NCBI GenBank assembly: GCA_963700375.1 | Contig: CAVOXF010000002.1 | Location: forward strand, 198,041-262,040 | Direction: 5' to 3' | Length of the DNA: 64,000 nucleotides | Source of the DNA: an uncultured Actinomycetota bacterium | Lineage (GTDB): Bacteria > Actinomycetota > Acidimicrobiia > Spongiisociales > UBA5794 | Shown: piece by piece, positions 28,448 through 40,230 of the stretch | How the letters are laid out: the number at the start of each line of letters is the position of its first letter | Numbering within the stretch: position 1 is the first letter of the stretch | Made by a program: the position numbers and the translations under genes | Notes under the pieces: model-generated | Seen by the model: only the letters and a program-made list of their open reading frames with translations | Told to the model about the DNA's origin: nothing | Database searches by the model: none

Positions 28448-29870
28448 GCCGGAGTTCGGACAACATCTCACCATCGGGGCCCACAAGGCTGACCACCAGC
28501 GGCATCTGTCCGATCGCGTGAGTCGAGCAGCTCAGGCAGGGGTCGTATGCCCGAATCCCGGCCTCGATGCGGTTGAGGATGCCCTCCGGGATGGTCGGCC
28601 CGTCGATCCACTCCTTGGCGATCTGGTAGACCGTCTCGTTCATCGGAAGATTGTTCTGCCCGGTGGCGATGATCATGTTCATGTCGGTCAACACACCGTG
28701 ATCGTCGACCTGGTACTCGTGGAAGAGCGTGCCTCTCGGAGCCTCGGAGACACCAACCACATGGTGCTCGTTGACTCCGGCACGGGCCCGTACGTGGGGT
28801 CCGATGACGGTGTCGTCCGCCAGATGCGCAGCCATCCGTTCCGTCGCGGCGAGAATCTCGATGAGGCGTGCGTAGTGGTAGAAGAACGATGAACTGGCGA
28901 TGCCGCCTGCCCGCTCCCGGTACTCGACCAGGGCCTCGTCTGCGGCCGTGGTACCCATGCGCTCACACACGTTGAGGCGGGCGAGGGGACCTACGCGGTA
29001 CATGCCGACGAGGGGATCATCGTCCGGGCCGACAACCGGTTTGAAGTACGGGGACTTTAGGTAGGAGTCGCGCCGACCGGCCTCGCCGATGATCGTGCGG
29101 TAGTCGATCGGTGCGACACCGGTTGCGGCCACGTCGCCCTCGGCGTCGACCATCTTCAAGTAGCCGTCGTAGTGCTCCCACAGGCCGTCGTCGTTCGAGA
29201 GACCGAGATAGAAGCTCGGGAACGATCCGAATGCTCGGACCTCCCGCTCGAACGTGTCGAGCATGCCGGTGAACAGCACGAGAGCGTCCTCAGCGGTGCG
29301 GCGAGCCTCCACGAGCCCTCCCTGGAGCCGTTCGCGGATCTCCTGGGTCATCGGCTCGGCGATGCCTCCCGGGAGGATGCCGGGGGAGTGCACCTTGCGT
29401 CCGGCGATCGACTCGATGACACCCTGACCGAAACTGCGCAGCATGATGCCGCGCCTGGCGAGTTCCGGCTCTTCCGCCATGAGGCCAAAGACGTTGCGGG
29501 CGGCGGGATCCGAATCCCATCCGAGCAGCAGGTCGGGGGCGCTGAGGTGGAAGAAGCTGAGGGCGTGGGACTGGATGATCTGTCCGAGGTTGACGATGCG
29601 GCGAAGCTTCACGGCCGTATCCGGAATCTTCACGCCCATGACGGCGTCGCCTGCCTTCGCCGAGGCGAGGAGGTGGCTCACCGGGCAGATCCCGCACGTC
29701 CGTGCGGTGAGGCTCGGCATCTCCCAGACCGGTCGACCCTTGCAGAACTCCTCGAAGCCCCGGAACTCGGTCACGTGGAATCGGCAGTCGGAGACCGAGC
29801 CGGAATCGTCGAGCGCGATTGTGATCTTCGCGTGACCCTCGATACGTGTGACCGGATCGATCACCACCAT
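28440..29870 (-). CDS. hoxH: NAD-linked bidirectional [NiFe] hydrogenase large subunit (group 3d-like)
   Basis: Trimmed to ATG 29868-29870 (GAGGAGGA upstream), giving 476 aa. N-terminus [14 protein letters not shown]2 motif [11 protein letters not shown]-terminal DPCLSCSTH followed by a 25-aa cleavable extension. Confidence 0.92.
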   Translation of the reverse strand: MVVIDPVTRIEGHAKITIALDDSGSVSDCRFHVTEFRGFEEFCKGRPVWEMPSLTARTCGICPVSHLLASAKAGDAVMGVKIPDTAVKLRRIVNLGQIIQSHALSFFHLSAPDLLLGWDSDPAARNVFGLMAEEPELARRGIMLRSFGQGVIESIAGRKVHSPGILPGGIAEPMTQEIRERLQGGLVEARRTAEDALVLFTGMLDTFEREVRAFGSFPSFYLGLSNDDGLWEHYDGYLKMVDAEGDVAATGVAPIDYRTIIGEAGRRDSYLKSPYFKPVVGPDDDPLVGMYRVGPLARLNVCERMGTTAADEALVEYRERAGGIASSSFFYHYARLIEILAATERMAAHLADDTVIGPHVRARAGVNEHHVVGVSEAPRGTLFHEYQVDDHGVLTDMNMIIATGQNNLPMNETVYQIAKEWIDGPTIPEGILNRIEAGIRAYDPCLSCSTHAIGQMPLVVSLVGPDGEMLSELRRG

Positions 29871-29892
29871 GTTCTTCACGTTGTCGTCCTCC

Positions 29893-30435
29893 TCAGCCAA
29901 ACCTGATGTCTTCACCGGTGATGCGGGAGGGTTCTCCGTCGAGGAGGGCCTCAATTGCCCGCTGGATGCGATCTGCCGGGGGCGGGCATCCGGGCAGGTA
30001 CGCATCCACCTTGATCACCTTGTGAAGTGGAAGTACCCGCGGTAGGAGCGGGGGCACGATGCCCGGCTCGAGGGGAATCTGGCCATCCCGATCGGGGGCG
30101 TCCACGTAGACCGCTTCCAGAATCGCGAGCGGGTCGCCGAGCGGGTTCCGCATCGCCGTGACGTTGCCAGTCACAGCGCAGTCTCCGAACGATACGACCA
30201 CGCTCGAGTTCGCCCGGATGTCCCGAGCGAGTTCGAAGTTGTCCTCGTTGGCGACGGCGCCCTCGACGAAGGCGATATCAACGCCCTGCGGGAACACCTT
30301 GACGTCCGCGATCGGGCTGTAGACGATGTCTGCGACTGCCGCGAGCTCGAAGAGCCACGCATCCATGTCGAGGAAGGACATGTGGCATCCGGAACATCCT
30401 CCGAGCCATGCGGTGGCGAGTCGAACCTTGCTCAT
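29893..30435 (-). CDS. hoxY: [NiFe] hydrogenase small subunit (group 3d-like)
   Basis: Trimmed to ATG 30433-30435, which forms an ATGA overlap with the hoxU stop; 180 aa. Product [25 protein letters not shown]...YLPGCPP. Confidence 0.9.
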   Translation of the reverse strand: MSKVRLATAWLGGCSGCHMSFLDMDAWLFELAAVADIVYSPIADVKVFPQGVDIAFVEGAVANEDNFELARDIRANSSVVVSFGDCAVTGNVTAMRNPLGDPLAILEAVYVDAPDRDGQIPLEPGIVPPLLPRVLPLHKVIKVDAYLPGCPPPADRIQRAIEALLDGEPSRITGEDIRFG

Positions 30436-31175
30436 GACACGGGCTCCGGGTTGAGCCATTCGCCCCGATTCCGGGCGACGGCGAGGCGGCTGATCATTGC
30501 GACCGAGTGCTCCATCTCGCCGACGGCCGTGCCCTGGTAGGACAACGATCCGGTCGGACAGACGGCGACGCACTTGCCGCACCAGGTGCAGGACATCGAC
30601 TCGCCCCACGGCCTGTTGAGGTCGGTGATGAGCATGGCGTCTGCGCCGTGTGAGGCAACATCCCAGACGTGGGCCCCCTCGATCTCGTCACAGACCCGAA
30701 CGCAACGGGTGCAGAGGATGCAGCGGTTGGCGTCGAAGACATACTTCGGATGGCTGGCGTCGACGGTCCGCAACGGTGAGCGGTAGTCGTACCGAACATG
30801 GTCCATGTTGCACGCGACGGCCATGTCCTGCAGCTCGCAATTGCCGTTCGATACACAGACGGCGCAGACGTGGTTGCCCTCGGCGAAGAGAAGCTCGAGG
30901 ATCGCCTTGCGGTGTGCCTTGAGCTTGGGGGTCATCGTGTTGACCTCCATGCCCGGGTTGATGGGAGTTGCGCAGGCCGGCCGCATCTTGCGGTCCTCCT
31001 CGATCTCGATCATGCAGAGTCGGCATCCGCCCCACACGGAGAGGCCTTCGACGAAGCAGAGCGAGGGGATGAAGACATTGTTGCGTCGCGCTGCCTGCAA
31101 GACGGTTTCGTCGATGTATGCCTCGACTTCCTCCCCGTCGAAGCTGATGGTCGCGGTCTTTCGCCGTTCACGCAC
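30432..31175 (-). CDS. hoxU: Diaphorase Fe-S subunit (NuoG N-terminal-like)
   Basis: 247 aa with a 2Fe-2S motif ([11 protein letters not shown]) plus the 4Fe-4S motifs [13 protein letters not shown] and [14 protein letters not shown]. Confidence 0.9.
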   Translation of the reverse strand: MRERRKTATISFDGEEVEAYIDETVLQAARRNNVFIPSLCFVEGLSVWGGCRLCMIEIEEDRKMRPACATPINPGMEVNTMTPKLKAHRKAILELLFAEGNHVCAVCVSNGNCELQDMAVACNMDHVRYDYRSPLRTVDASHPKYVFDANRCILCTRCVRVCDEIEGAHVWDVASHGADAMLITDLNRPWGESMSCTWCGKCVAVCPTGSLSYQGTAVGEMEHSVAMISRLAVARNRGEWLNPEPVS

Positions 31176-32799
31176 GAGCGGCCTCCTCGCTCACGATCAG
31201 TTCTTCGTATTCGGGGCGGAAGTACTGCAGCGTGCTGAGCACCGGGCTTGGCGCCGTCTGTCCAAGGCCGCACAGGCTGGTATCCCGGACGACATGACAG
31301 AGGTGTTCGAGGTCGCGCATGTCCTGGCGCGTTCCGATACCGCCGGTGATCCGTTCGAGCAACGCGTGGAGTTGGACGGTGCCGGCACGACAGGGCGAGC
31401 ACTTGCCGCAACTCTCGTCCATCGAGAACGCCATGAAGAACTTGGCGATCTCCGGCATGCTGACGTCTTCGTCCATGACGACCAGGCCGCCCGACCCCAT
31501 GATCGATCCGAGGTTGCGAAGACTGTCGTAGTCCACTTTGGTGTCGAGGAACTCGGCCGAGATGCACCCGCCGGACGGTCCCCCGGTCTGGGCCGCCTTG
31601 AAGGCCTTGCCGTTCGGGATCCCGCCACCCATGTCCTCGACGATGTGGCGCAACGTGATACCCATCGGCACTTCGATGAGTCCGGTGTTGACAAGATCGC
31701 CGGCCAAGGCGAATACCTTGGTGCCTGCGTTGCCTTCGGTGCCGATGGACGAGTACCAAGCGGCCCCTTTTCGCATGATCGTCGGGATGTTGGCGAGAGT
31801 CTCGACGTTGTTGATCATCGTGGGAGCGCCCCACAGGCCTCGCTCGGTCGGGAAGGGTGGGCGGAGGCGCGGAATGCCGCGTCGGCCTTCGATCGACGCC
31901 AAGAGCGCCGTCTCTTCACCGCAGACGAACGCGCCGGCCCCGATGCGAACCTCGATATCGAGCGAGAAGTCGGTGTCGAGGATGTTCCGGCCGAGAAGAC
32001 GCTTGCGCCTGGCAACGCTGATCGCCCGATCGAGGCGTTCGACGGCCCTGGGATATTCGGCCCGAACGTAGATGAATCCCTGGGTGGCGCCGGTGGCATA
32101 GGCTGCGATCGACATACCTTCGAGGAGGCGGTGTGGATCGTCTTCCATCACCGTGCGGTCCATGTAGGCGCCCGGGTCGCCTTCGTCTCCGTTGGCGACG
32201 ACGTACTTCGTCTTTCCGGGTGACGCGGCGAGGAGAGCCCACTTCGATCCAGCGGGATAGCCGGCGCCACCGCGGCCGCGGAGCCCGGACTCGCGGATGG
32301 TTTCGACGACCTCTTCCGGGGCCATGCGCGTGATGACCCGTTCGAGCGCTTGGTACCCGCGATGGCCGACGTACGACTCGATGCGGTTGGGATCGATGAC
32401 GCCGCCGTTCTCGAGAACGATGCGTTCCTGGCTCGAAAAGAACGGGATCTTGTGGTCGAGGATGTTCGTCTCGACGGGCTTGTGGTCCCTGACGTGATCC
32501 CGGATGATGTCGATGCCGACCTCGGCGTTCACGGCCTGGTACATCGTCTCCTCGACGCCGCGGCGCAGAACCCGGACCAGCGGGCCACGGCTGCAGAGGC
32601 CCATGCATCCGGTCGGGATGAGCCGTGCCTCGAGAGCGAGCTCCTCACGCTCGATCGTTTGTTCCATGGACTGGAACGCAGCACCCGCACCGGCCGACAA
32701 GCAGGCGGTGCTCATGCAGGCCTTGACGCGCCATGGGAAGCGGTATCGCTCGGAGAGTTCCCTCTCGCTGACTTCATGAAGATCGATTGGGGCGGCCAT
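31168..32799 (-). CDS. hoxF: Diaphorase NAD(H)/FMN-binding subunit (NuoF-like)
   Basis: 543 aa with [25 protein letters not shown] and an N-terminal thioredoxin-like 2Fe-2S region. It overlaps hoxU by 8 nt and hoxE by 1 nt (TGATG). Confidence 0.92.
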   Translation of the reverse strand: MAAPIDLHEVSERELSERYRFPWRVKACMSTACLSAGAGAAFQSMEQTIEREELALEARLIPTGCMGLCSRGPLVRVLRRGVEETMYQAVNAEVGIDIIRDHVRDHKPVETNILDHKIPFFSSQERIVLENGGVIDPNRIESYVGHRGYQALERVITRMAPEEVVETIRESGLRGRGGAGYPAGSKWALLAASPGKTKYVVANGDEGDPGAYMDRTVMEDDPHRLLEGMSIAAYATGATQGFIYVRAEYPRAVERLDRAISVARRKRLLGRNILDTDFSLDIEVRIGAGAFVCGEETALLASIEGRRGIPRLRPPFPTERGLWGAPTMINNVETLANIPTIMRKGAAWYSSIGTEGNAGTKVFALAGDLVNTGLIEVPMGITLRHIVEDMGGGIPNGKAFKAAQTGGPSGGCISAEFLDTKVDYDSLRNLGSIMGSGGLVVMDEDVSMPEIAKFFMAFSMDESCGKCSPCRAGTVQLHALLERITGGIGTRQDMRDLEHLCHVVRDTSLCGLGQTAPSPVLSTLQYFRPEYEELIVSEEAARA

Positions 32800-33335
32800 C
32801 AGGCGTCACCTCCCGTGGCAAGTGCGGCACCGACGACTTCGAGAGCCGACTCCGGTGTCTGATGTGCGAGGACTTCCCCGTCGACGACCAGCACCGGGGC
32901 GAGACCGCACGATCCGATGCAGCGGGCGGTCTTGAGCGTCAGCGAGCCGTCTTCGGCCGTCGCACCCATGGGGACCGAATGCTTCTCGGAGATGGCGTTC
33001 ACGATGTCGTCCGCGCCCTTCACGAAGCATGCCGTGCCGGTGCAGACGGTGCAGGAGTGCTCTCCCGGTGGTTCGAAGGTGAAGAGCTGATAGAAGGTGG
33101 CGACGCCGTAGACCATGCTCGGCGGGAGCATGAGCGCCCGGGCGAGGTAGATCAGGATGCCGTCGTCGAGGTAGCCGAACACGTCCTGCGCAAGGTGCAG
33201 GATCTCGATGAGTTGGTCCTGGCCATAGCGGACGCGTTTGAGTTGCTTGTCGAGCAGATTGAACCGATCGTCCCCTGAGGGATGCGGCGTCTCCGCGGGA
33301 CGTGGGCGAGCGGTATCAGTTGTGCGTTCAGTCAT
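32799..33335 (-). CDS. hoxE: Diaphorase 2Fe-2S subunit (NuoE-like)
   Basis: Contains [10 protein letters not shown]...[10 protein letters not shown] prefer ATG 33333-33335 (MTERTT..., GGAG-containing upstream sequence) over the track start at 33359. Confidence 0.85.
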   Translation of the reverse strand: MTERTTDTARPRPAETPHPSGDDRFNLLDKQLKRVRYGQDQLIEILHLAQDVFGYLDDGILIYLARALMLPPSMVYGVATFYQLFTFEPPGEHSCTVCTGTACFVKGADDIVNAISEKHSVPMGATAEDGSLTLKTARCIGSCGLAPVLVVDGEVLAHQTPESALEVVGAALATGGDA

Positions 33336-33478
33336 CGTTCCCCGTCTCCGTATCGCCATACCTTGTCCGGACGCGTGAGTCGGGGCTAGGGGCCAATGGC
33401 ACGATCACCGCGGGAACAAGGACCCTGGACGGGAGATGCAGGCCACGAGCTGCGAACAGCATGTGTGATGCTCAGGTG

Positions 33479-33910
33479 ATGATCCGTCCATCGGCCGACG
33501 ATGACCTCGACGACGTCCTCGATGTCTGGCACCTGGCGTCTTTGGAGGCTCACGCGTTTCTGAGCGATGAGTTCTCCGACGCCGAACGGATCGCGATCTC
33601 GGAGTAGTTCCTCCAGGAGTCAGAGACATCGGTGTTCGAGGTCGATGGGCGGACCGCCGGCTTCGTGTCGGTGGTCGGCAACGAGGTTTGGGATACTCGC
33701 CGCCGCGAATCGACAGAATCAGGGTGTGGGGCGCGCCCTGAAGGCCACATCGCGTCTACTCACCCGTATCTCGAACTCGAGGTCTCCGCGGCCAACACCA
33801 TCGGGCGGCGGTTCTATGACGCCAACGGCTTCCGACCGGTGGGCGAGGGTCTCGACGACACCACCGGCTTCCCCTTCATCCGGCTCCGCATCGATCCTTC
33901 GCGGTCGTGA
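33479..33910 (+). pseudogene. GNAT family N-acetyltransferase, disrupted
   Basis: MIRPSADDDLDDVLDVWHLASLEAHAFLSDEF... runs into an in-frame TAG at 33605-33607. The acetyl-CoA motif A (..RQNQGVGRAL..) is readable only in a different frame (about 33687-33760). The original frame resumes for YLELEVSAANTIGRRFYDANGFRPVGEG. Confidence 0.55.
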
Positions 33911-33971
33911 ACCGGCCTCGGTGCGCCCCTCGGGGCAATGATTCGCCCGAGACCACAAGCGGCGTGAGCAG

Positions 33972-34154
33972 CTAGGTGCCCAGCGCCGAGAAGACCTCAT
34001 AGACCATGAAGGCTGGCCAGAAGAGTCCCTGGATGAAGGAGAACACATACTCCCAGAACGAGTCTGCCTGCTGCCAGTAGTAGACAAAGGCCCCGAAGAT
34101 GCCCAAGCCGTAGATTGCTCCGCCGCCGGCGGCACCTGCGTTGTTCGAACTCAT
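33972..34154 (-). CDS. Small hydrophobic protein (60 aa, 2 TM), function unknown
   Basis: MSSNNAGAAGGGAIYGLGIFGAFVYYWQQADSFWEYVFSFIQGLFWPAFMVYEVFSALGT. The internal ATG is preferred over the TTG track start at 34181. Confidence 0.5.
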   Translation of the reverse strand: MSSNNAGAAGGGAIYGLGIFGAFVYYWQQADSFWEYVFSFIQGLFWPAFMVYEVFSALGT

Positions 34155-34245
34155 GAAGAGCCACCTCCCGTGACGTGGCAAGTGTACGCCGTCGACACGA
34201 GCGGATCTGCTGGGTTCAAGGGTCCTGCGGGAAGCGCCGGTGCGG

Positions 34246-36672
34246 CTACATCACCACGTCGATCGTGACGACTCTGCCCGGCGCCGCATACGGCACCAGC
34301 GTGCCCTCGTGGGCGACACCGTCGATCGTGAGCCGCGGGGAGCCGTCGCCGGATCTGTTGGTGATGTTCACCCGGTACTCGGCGCCGCGGCAGTGCCGCA
34401 CGAAGTGGAGTTCCTTCAGCTCGGCGGCGAGGCACGGTTCGATGCGAAGCCCGTCGAGTTCCGGTCGCACGCCGATGATGTGCTGGGTGATGGCTACCCA
34501 GTTCCAGGCAGCGGTGCCGGTGAGCCACGAGTTCTTTGCCTCGCCGTATCGCGGTGCGTCGCGGCCGGCGATCATCTGGGCGTAGACGTACGGCTCGGTG
34601 CGATGCACCTCGGCGATCTCCGCACGGAAGGCCGGAGCGATCTTCTTCCAGTACTCGTAGGCCTCCTCGGCACGTCCGAGGCGTGTCGCGGCGATCATCA
34701 CCCACGGGTTGGTGTGGCAGAAGACGCTGGCGTTCTCCTTGTACCCGGGTGGGTATGTGGTGATCTCACCCAACTCGACATGGAAGGTTGTGAACGCCGG
34801 TTGGTGAAGCAGGATGCCGTGGTCCGAATTGAGCTGGGTGTTCACCGAGTCGAGGGCTTGATCGGCGTGCGACGTGTCGGCACCGATGCCGGCCATCACG
34901 CAGATGCCCTGGGGCTCGATGAAGATCTGGCCTTCGTCGTTGTCCGCGGAGCCGACCTTGTTCCCGAAATGGTCGTAGGCCCTGAGGAACCACGATCCGT
35001 CCCAGCCGTGTTTGAGCACGGTGTCGACCATCTCGGCGATCCGTTCACGCGCCGAGGCCGCCACGTCACCAAGACCGAGCGCGGCGGCGAGGTCGGCGTA
35101 CTGCCCGCCGGCGTGGACGAACAGGCCCGCGATGAACACGGATTCGGCCGTCCGTCCGTCCTGGGTCTCCATCGTCTGGAACGACTCACCCGGTTCGGTC
35201 GAGAACGCATTCAGGTTCAGGCAGTCATTCCAATCCGCTCGCCCGATGAGCGGCAGGCGGTGCGGTCCGAGATTGCTGAGCACATGCTGGAACGAGCGGG
35301 CGAGATGCTCGAGCAGCGGCGCGGCGTCATCCGGGTCATTGTCGAACGGGACCATCTCCTCGAGGATCGTCACGTCCCCGGTCTCTCTGACGTAGGCGGC
35401 CGTTCCTTCGATGAGCCAGAGCGGATCGTCGTTGAATCCCGACCCGACGCTGTCGTTGCCTCGCTTGGTGAGCGGCTGATACTGGTGGTAGGCGCTCCCG
35501 TCGGGGAGTTGCGTTGCGGCGACGTCGAGAATCCGCTCGCGGGCGCGTTCGGGGATCAGATGCACGAATCCGAGGAGGTCCTGCGCTGAATCCCGGAAGC
35601 CCATGCCGCGTCCCAGCCCGGACTCGAAGTAGGACGCGCTGCGCGACATGTTGAACGTGACCATGCACTGGTACGGATTCCAGATGTTGATCATCCGGTC
35701 GAGACGCGGATCGCCGCTCGATACCGCGGTGGTCTCGAGGAGTCCGGTCCAGTACTCCTTCAGTTCCGAGAGTGCCGCATCAACGGACGCCGATGTCGAG
35801 AACCGAGCAAGGAGTGCCTCGGCCTTCTTCTTGTTGATGACACCGGGTGCTTCCCACTTGTCGTCTCCGGCGTTCTCGATGTATCCGAGAACGAACACGA
35901 GATCCTTCTGTTCGCCGGGAGCCAACTCGACGTCGACTTGATGCGATCCGACGGGTGCCCATCCGCTCGCGATGGAGTTGCGGCTCCTGCCCTCCACCAC
36001 GGCATCGGGGGCGGCCCAGTTCTTGCGGAGGCCGAAGAAGCTCTCGCGATCGGTATCGAACCCCTGAACCGGCGCATTCACGCCGTAGACGGCGTAGTGG
36101 TTGCGACGTTCCCGGTATTCGGTCTTGTGGTAGATCGCGCTGCCTTTGACCTCGACTTCGCCCAGCGAGAGGTTTCGCTGGAAGTTGGCGGAATCGTCCG
36201 CAGCATTCCAGAGGCAGAACTCTGCGAGTGAGAACAGCTGGAGCGAGCGGGGTGCGTCCGTGGTGTTGGTGAGGCGGACCCGATGGACCTCGGCCGTGGC
36301 CCCGAGCGGTACGACGAACGTGACCTCGCAGCGGACACTGTCGCGTCCACCGGTGATCGACGTGTACGACATGCCGTGTCGTGCCTCGAAGTGGTCGAGA
36401 TCCGCACCGACCGGGGACCACGTCGGGGACCAGATGTCGCCGCCGTCGTTGATGTAGTAGCAGCGGCCGCCTGCGTCGGTCGGCACGTTGTTGTAGCGCC
36501 AGCGGGTGAGGCGGCGCATGAGGGCGTCGCGGTAGAACGTGTAGCCGCCCCCGGTGTGCGAGATCAGCCCGAAGAACTCCTCCGTACCCAGGTAGTTGAT
36601 CCACGGGTACGGCGTGTGCGGCGTCGTGATGACGTACTCGCGGGCATCGTCATCGAAATACCCGTATGACAT
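34246..36672 (-). CDS. GH94 cellobiose phosphorylase (chitobiose phosphorylase not excluded)
   Basis: 808 aa. From memory it is collinear with Cellvibrio gilvus-type cellobiose phosphorylase: [29 protein letters not shown]..., [62 protein letters not shown]. Confidence 0.9.
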   Translation of the reverse strand: MSYGYFDDDAREYVITTPHTPYPWINYLGTEEFFGLISHTGGGYTFYRDALMRRLTRWRYNNVPTDAGGRCYYINDGGDIWSPTWSPVGADLDHFEARHGMSYTSITGGRDSVRCEVTFVVPLGATAEVHRVRLTNTTDAPRSLQLFSLAEFCLWNAADDSANFQRNLSLGEVEVKGSAIYHKTEYRERRNHYAVYGVNAPVQGFDTDRESFFGLRKNWAAPDAVVEGRSRNSIASGWAPVGSHQVDVELAPGEQKDLVFVLGYIENAGDDKWEAPGVINKKKAEALLARFSTSASVDAALSELKEYWTGLLETTAVSSGDPRLDRMINIWNPYQCMVTFNMSRSASYFESGLGRGMGFRDSAQDLLGFVHLIPERARERILDVAATQLPDGSAYHQYQPLTKRGNDSVGSGFNDDPLWLIEGTAAYVRETGDVTILEEMVPFDNDPDDAAPLLEHLARSFQHVLSNLGPHRLPLIGRADWNDCLNLNAFSTEPGESFQTMETQDGRTAESVFIAGLFVHAGGQYADLAAALGLGDVAASARERIAEMVDTVLKHGWDGSWFLRAYDHFGNKVGSADNDEGQIFIEPQGICVMAGIGADTSHADQALDSVNTQLNSDHGILLHQPAFTTFHVELGEITTYPPGYKENASVFCHTNPWVMIAATRLGRAEEAYEYWKKIAPAFRAEIAEVHRTEPYVYAQMIAGRDAPRYGEAKNSWLTGTAAWNWVAITQHIIGVRPELDGLRIEPCLAAELKELHFVRHCRGAEYRVNITNRSGDGSPRLTIDGVAHEGTLVPYAAPGRVVTIDVVM

Positions 36673-36743
36673 GATGTGGTTGGGCTCCAGGGGCGCGGGC
36701 GCGAGAGCGTATCAGAGTCGATCCACCGCCATCCTGCCGCAGC

Positions 36744-37580
36744 TCAGTAGTTGTCGGGTACGAACGTCTGCTCGGCGATGGGCGGTCTGATGTAGCCGCT
36801 GTCGTCCTGGCGTGGTGGCAGTTCGATCGGTCCGAGCGTGCGGTCCTCGTACGGGATCATGGTGAGCAGGTGGTTGATGCAGTTGAGCCGTGCCCGCTTC
36901 TTGTCCTCCGCGTTGACAACGTACCACGGAGCCTGCTTGATATCGGTGTGGTCGAACAGGATGTCCTTCGCCTTGGAGAAGTCGACCCACCTGGCACGTG
37001 ACTCGAGGTCCATCGGGCTGAGCTTCCAACGCTTGGTGGTGTCGTCGATCCGGGCCTGGAAGCGGCGCTCCTGTTCTTCGTCGCTGACTGAGAACCAGTA
37101 CTTGATGAGAAGGATCCCACTGCGGACCAGCATCCGCTCGAACTCGGGACAGGAGCGAAGGAACTCCGTGTACTCGTCCTGCGTGCAGAACCCCATGACG
37201 GGCTCGACCAACCCACGGTTGTACCAGGACCGGTCGAACAGAACCATCTCTCCTGCAGCCGGCAGGTAGTTGACGTAGCGCTGGAACCACCACTGCGTCT
37301 TCTCGCGTTCTGTGGCTGTTCCGAGGGCTTCGACCCGGCAGATGCGGGGATTGAGCCGTTCGGTGATGCGCTTGATCACACCACCCTTACCTGCTGCGTC
37401 CCGTCCCTCGAAGATCACGACGACCTTGAGGCCCTCCGCCTTGACGTAGCTCTGGAGTTTCACGAGCTCGGTCTGAAGGCGCTCGAGTTCCGCTTCGTAG
37501 ACCTTCTTGGGGAGCTTGGGCTTCTTGATACTCGCCGCTGGTTCAATCGTGTTGAATACCGAGGCACCTGAATCTGCCAT
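36744..37580 (-). CDS. ppk2: Polyphosphate kinase 2
   Basis: Trimmed to ATG 37578-37580; 278 aa. Contains VVVIFEGRDAAGKGGVIKRITERLNPR...FDRSWYNR, typical of PPK2. Confidence 0.9.
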   Translation of the reverse strand: MADSGASVFNTIEPAASIKKPKLPKKVYEAELERLQTELVKLQSYVKAEGLKVVVIFEGRDAAGKGGVIKRITERLNPRICRVEALGTATEREKTQWWFQRYVNYLPAAGEMVLFDRSWYNRGLVEPVMGFCTQDEYTEFLRSCPEFERMLVRSGILLIKYWFSVSDEEQERRFQARIDDTTKRWKLSPMDLESRARWVDFSKAKDILFDHTDIKQAPWYVVNAEDKKRARLNCINHLLTMIPYEDRTLGPIELPPRQDDSGYIRPPIAEQTFVPDNY

Positions 37581-37669
37581 GTAGACCTCTCGAGCCGTCT
37601 GCGTGTGCTCCGCACGATACCGTCCAGGATCGGGGTCTGCCGTCGGGTGATCGTCCGGGCGGACCCTCG

Positions 37670-39334
37670 CTATCCGGTCTGCCGTAGATCCCTCCGCTGG
37701 AAGAGGATCACGGCCGCAGCCAGGAGGATCACGAACAGCCCGCCGAGGACCGCGGCGTGACCCCACGCCATGCCGTTGATCAGTGGATCGCTGCTCAGGT
37801 AGTAGTAGAAGGGGGACATCTTCGCCCATGCAGCAGTGCTGTCATTGAGCGGTAGGAACCCGTTCACGATGAACGCGACCACCGCCACACCGACCGCGCC
37901 ATAGCTGGCGATCTGGGTGCGTCCGGTGGCGGCTCCGAGGGCGAGTGCCAGCCCGCCGAAGGCCAAACCGAGCAGTGCTGCGAGTGCGCAGGTTGCCGCG
38001 ATGTTCCCGATGTCCATACCGAGGTTGCCGAGCAATGACCCGCCGGCAACGCCAAGGAACGACGCGAGCGCCACGATCACGGCGTACAAGATCATCGTCC
38101 ACGTCTTTTGGATGACGATCGTCGATCGACGCACCGGGTTCGCGAGGAGCAGGCCCATCGTGTTGTTCTTCTCTTCCCCCGCGAGGGCTGCCGTCCCGAT
38201 GACGATCGTCACCACGAGAAGGCTGATAGGGATCATCATCCCGAACATCTCGATCTGGTAGAAGCCCTCCGGAGTGCCCATGTCGCCGCCGCCGAAGAGA
38301 GCGAGCAGCGTCTCGGGGAACTGTTCCCCGAGCGACTTGAGGGTGTCGTCGAGCATGGTGAACATCGGCCCGATCATCAGGGCCATCAGGAACATCACCG
38401 GGACGATCACGTACAGCAGCGCCTGATGCTCCGACGCGGTCTTGAACCAGATCTTCGAAACCCGCGCCGAACCAGCCAGCATCTCGGCGACCTTGTGTGT
38501 TATCGGGTTGGCGCGGAGGCGGTCGATCATCTTCGTACCGACCGACTGGCTCCGAAGGTCGCGGCGGTTCACGCCGACGACACCCACGACGAAGAACACG
38601 AGGGCACCGATCGCAAGCACTGCGAAGTCGGCCCAGTCGATGCCGTTCATGACTGGCTCACTGCTGCTGAAGTAGTACCAGGGGAAGAACTTGGCGAGGC
38701 CCGCGAGGCTGTCCACCAGCGGCAGCAGGCCGACGGCGATGAACGAGATCACCATGATGCCGGCGCTGACACCGCCGGCCAGTGAGCTCTTCCCGGTCCA
38801 TCCACTCAGGGCGAACGCAAGGAAGCCGTAGAAGAGGGCGTTGACGAACATCATCACGAGGAGGGCGGTGACATTCATCGTGCCGATCTCGACGTCGAGC
38901 AGGACGGGTGTGGCGATACCGGCCAGCCATAGGAAGACGAAAGCCCCGACGGTGACGACGGCGAGTGCGGCGGCCTTGGACACTGCCAGGGTGGTCCGAC
39001 CGACCGGGTTGCCGAGGAGAAGCCCGATCGTTCCGCCCTTCTCCTCCCCGGAGATCGAGACCGCCCCTCCGGCGAGCGCGACGCCCGCCATCGTGAGCAT
39101 GCCATACCCGGTGTAGATTGCGCCGTAGGCAAGTCCGCCGACATCCGCACCGTCCGGTATCCCAAACACGCTCCTGAATGCTTCGGGGAGCTCGTCCCAG
39201 AACGAGATGTCGATCCCGCGGTATACCGCCATACCGAAGATGAGCAGCACTGCGAGCGAAACGGCGGCGATGACGGGCGGCTTCCACCGATCAAGCACGG
39301 ATTTGGTGAATACGTTGGCAAGCATCGCGGTCAC
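37670..39334 (-). CDS. ABC-2 type transporter permease (two fused halves)
   Basis: 554 aa, polytopic, with an internal duplication. It overlaps the upstream ATPase gene by 4 nt. Confidence 0.8.
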   Translation of the reverse strand: MTAMLANVFTKSVLDRWKPPVIAAVSLAVLLIFGMAVYRGIDISFWDELPEAFRSVFGIPDGADVGGLAYGAIYTGYGMLTMAGVALAGGAVSISGEEKGGTIGLLLGNPVGRTTLAVSKAAALAVVTVGAFVFLWLAGIATPVLLDVEIGTMNVTALLVMMFVNALFYGFLAFALSGWTGKSSLAGGVSAGIMVISFIAVGLLPLVDSLAGLAKFFPWYYFSSSEPVMNGIDWADFAVLAIGALVFFVVGVVGVNRRDLRSQSVGTKMIDRLRANPITHKVAEMLAGSARVSKIWFKTASEHQALLYVIVPVMFLMALMIGPMFTMLDDTLKSLGEQFPETLLALFGGGDMGTPEGFYQIEMFGMMIPISLLVVTIVIGTAALAGEEKNNTMGLLLANPVRRSTIVIQKTWTMILYAVIVALASFLGVAGGSLLGNLGMDIGNIAATCALAALLGLAFGGLALALGAATGRTQIASYGAVGVAVVAFIVNGFLPLNDSTAAWAKMSPFYYYLSSDPLINGMAWGHAAVLGGLFVILLAAAVILFQRRDLRQTG

Positions 39335-40230
39335 CCCTCTTCGCGGTAGTAGGTGAGGAAGATCTCTTCGAGGTCCGCTTCTTGCGTGTTGATGTCGGCG
39401 AGGGTGTAGTTGCTGGTGGCGACGTGCAGGAGTTCCTCCATGCTCCCGTCGAACGACAGGCTGACATGGTGGTTCCTGACCTCGACCTCTCGCACACCGT
39501 TGATGGGTTCGAACACACTCCCATCTGCAGGACTATCGAAGTAGAGATCGACTCTGCGGATTGCTTTGGATCGGAGTTCCTGCACGCCTTCGACTGCGAC
39601 GAGGCGGCCGATTCGGATGATGCCGACGCGGTCGGCGACTCGCTGAACCTCCGACAACGTGTGGCTCGAGAGGAACACAGTGGCGCCGTCGGCTACGGCT
39701 TCCTTCATCATGCCCTGGAACTCGCGCTGCACGAGAGGGTCGAGCCCCGAACTCGGCTCGTCCATCATGTACACCTGGGGCTTGTTCATGAATGCCTGGA
39801 TGATCCCGACCTTCTGGCGGTTTCCAGTTGAGAGGTCCCCGACCTTCTTCGACAGATCCGCTTCAAGGCGGTCCGCGAGTCCATCGACGTAGGTCCAATC
39901 GACGCCACCACGCAGATTGGAGAAGTAGGTGAGGGTGTCTTTGCCGGTGAGGTTCGGGTACATGGAGAGGTCGCCAGGGATGTAGCCAATGTGCTTGCGG
40001 ATCGCGACGGAGTCGGTATGGGTGTCGAGTCCGACGATGGTCGCCGTCCCGCTGGTGGGCCGGAGCTCATCCATGAGCGTGCGGATCGTCGTCGTCTTGC
40101 CTGCTCCGTTCGGCCCGAGGAAGCCGAAGATCTCACCCGGGCGAATGTCGAGGTTCAGGTCCACGAGGGCTTCAACCTTGCCGTAGTGCTTGGTGAGGCC
40201 CTGCGTGTGGATTGCGACGGTGTCGGTCAT
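39331..40230 (-). CDS. ABC transporter ATP-binding protein
   Basis: Walker A GFLGPNGAGKTT, signature LSTGNRQKV and Walker B MMDEPSSGLD. Confidence 0.92.
   Translation of the reverse strand: MTDTVAIHTQGLTKHYGKVEALVDLNLDIRPGEIFGFLGPNGAGKTTTIRTLMDELRPTSGTATIVGLDTHTDSVAIRKHIGYIPGDLSMYPNLTGKDTLTYFSNLRGGVDWTYVDGLADRLEADLSKKVGDLSTGNRQKVGIIQAFMNKPQVYMMDEPSSGLDPLVQREFQGMMKEAVADGATVFLSSHTLSEVQRVADRVGIIRIGRLVAVEGVQELRSKAIRRVDLYFDSPADGSVFEPINGVREVEVRNHHVSLSFDGSMEELLHVATSNYTLADINTQEADLEEIFLTYYREEG

Noticed and set aside
30805-32223. 472-aa plus-strand ORF opposite hoxU/hoxF; similar cases are 34240-35589 opposite the GH94 gene, and 60211-61371 and 61070-62485 opposite znuB, the NUDIX gene and the aminotransferase gene
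   Set aside because: These are antisense shadow ORFs of genes with unambiguous motifs. They have no motifs of their own and a biased Arg/Asp/His composition.
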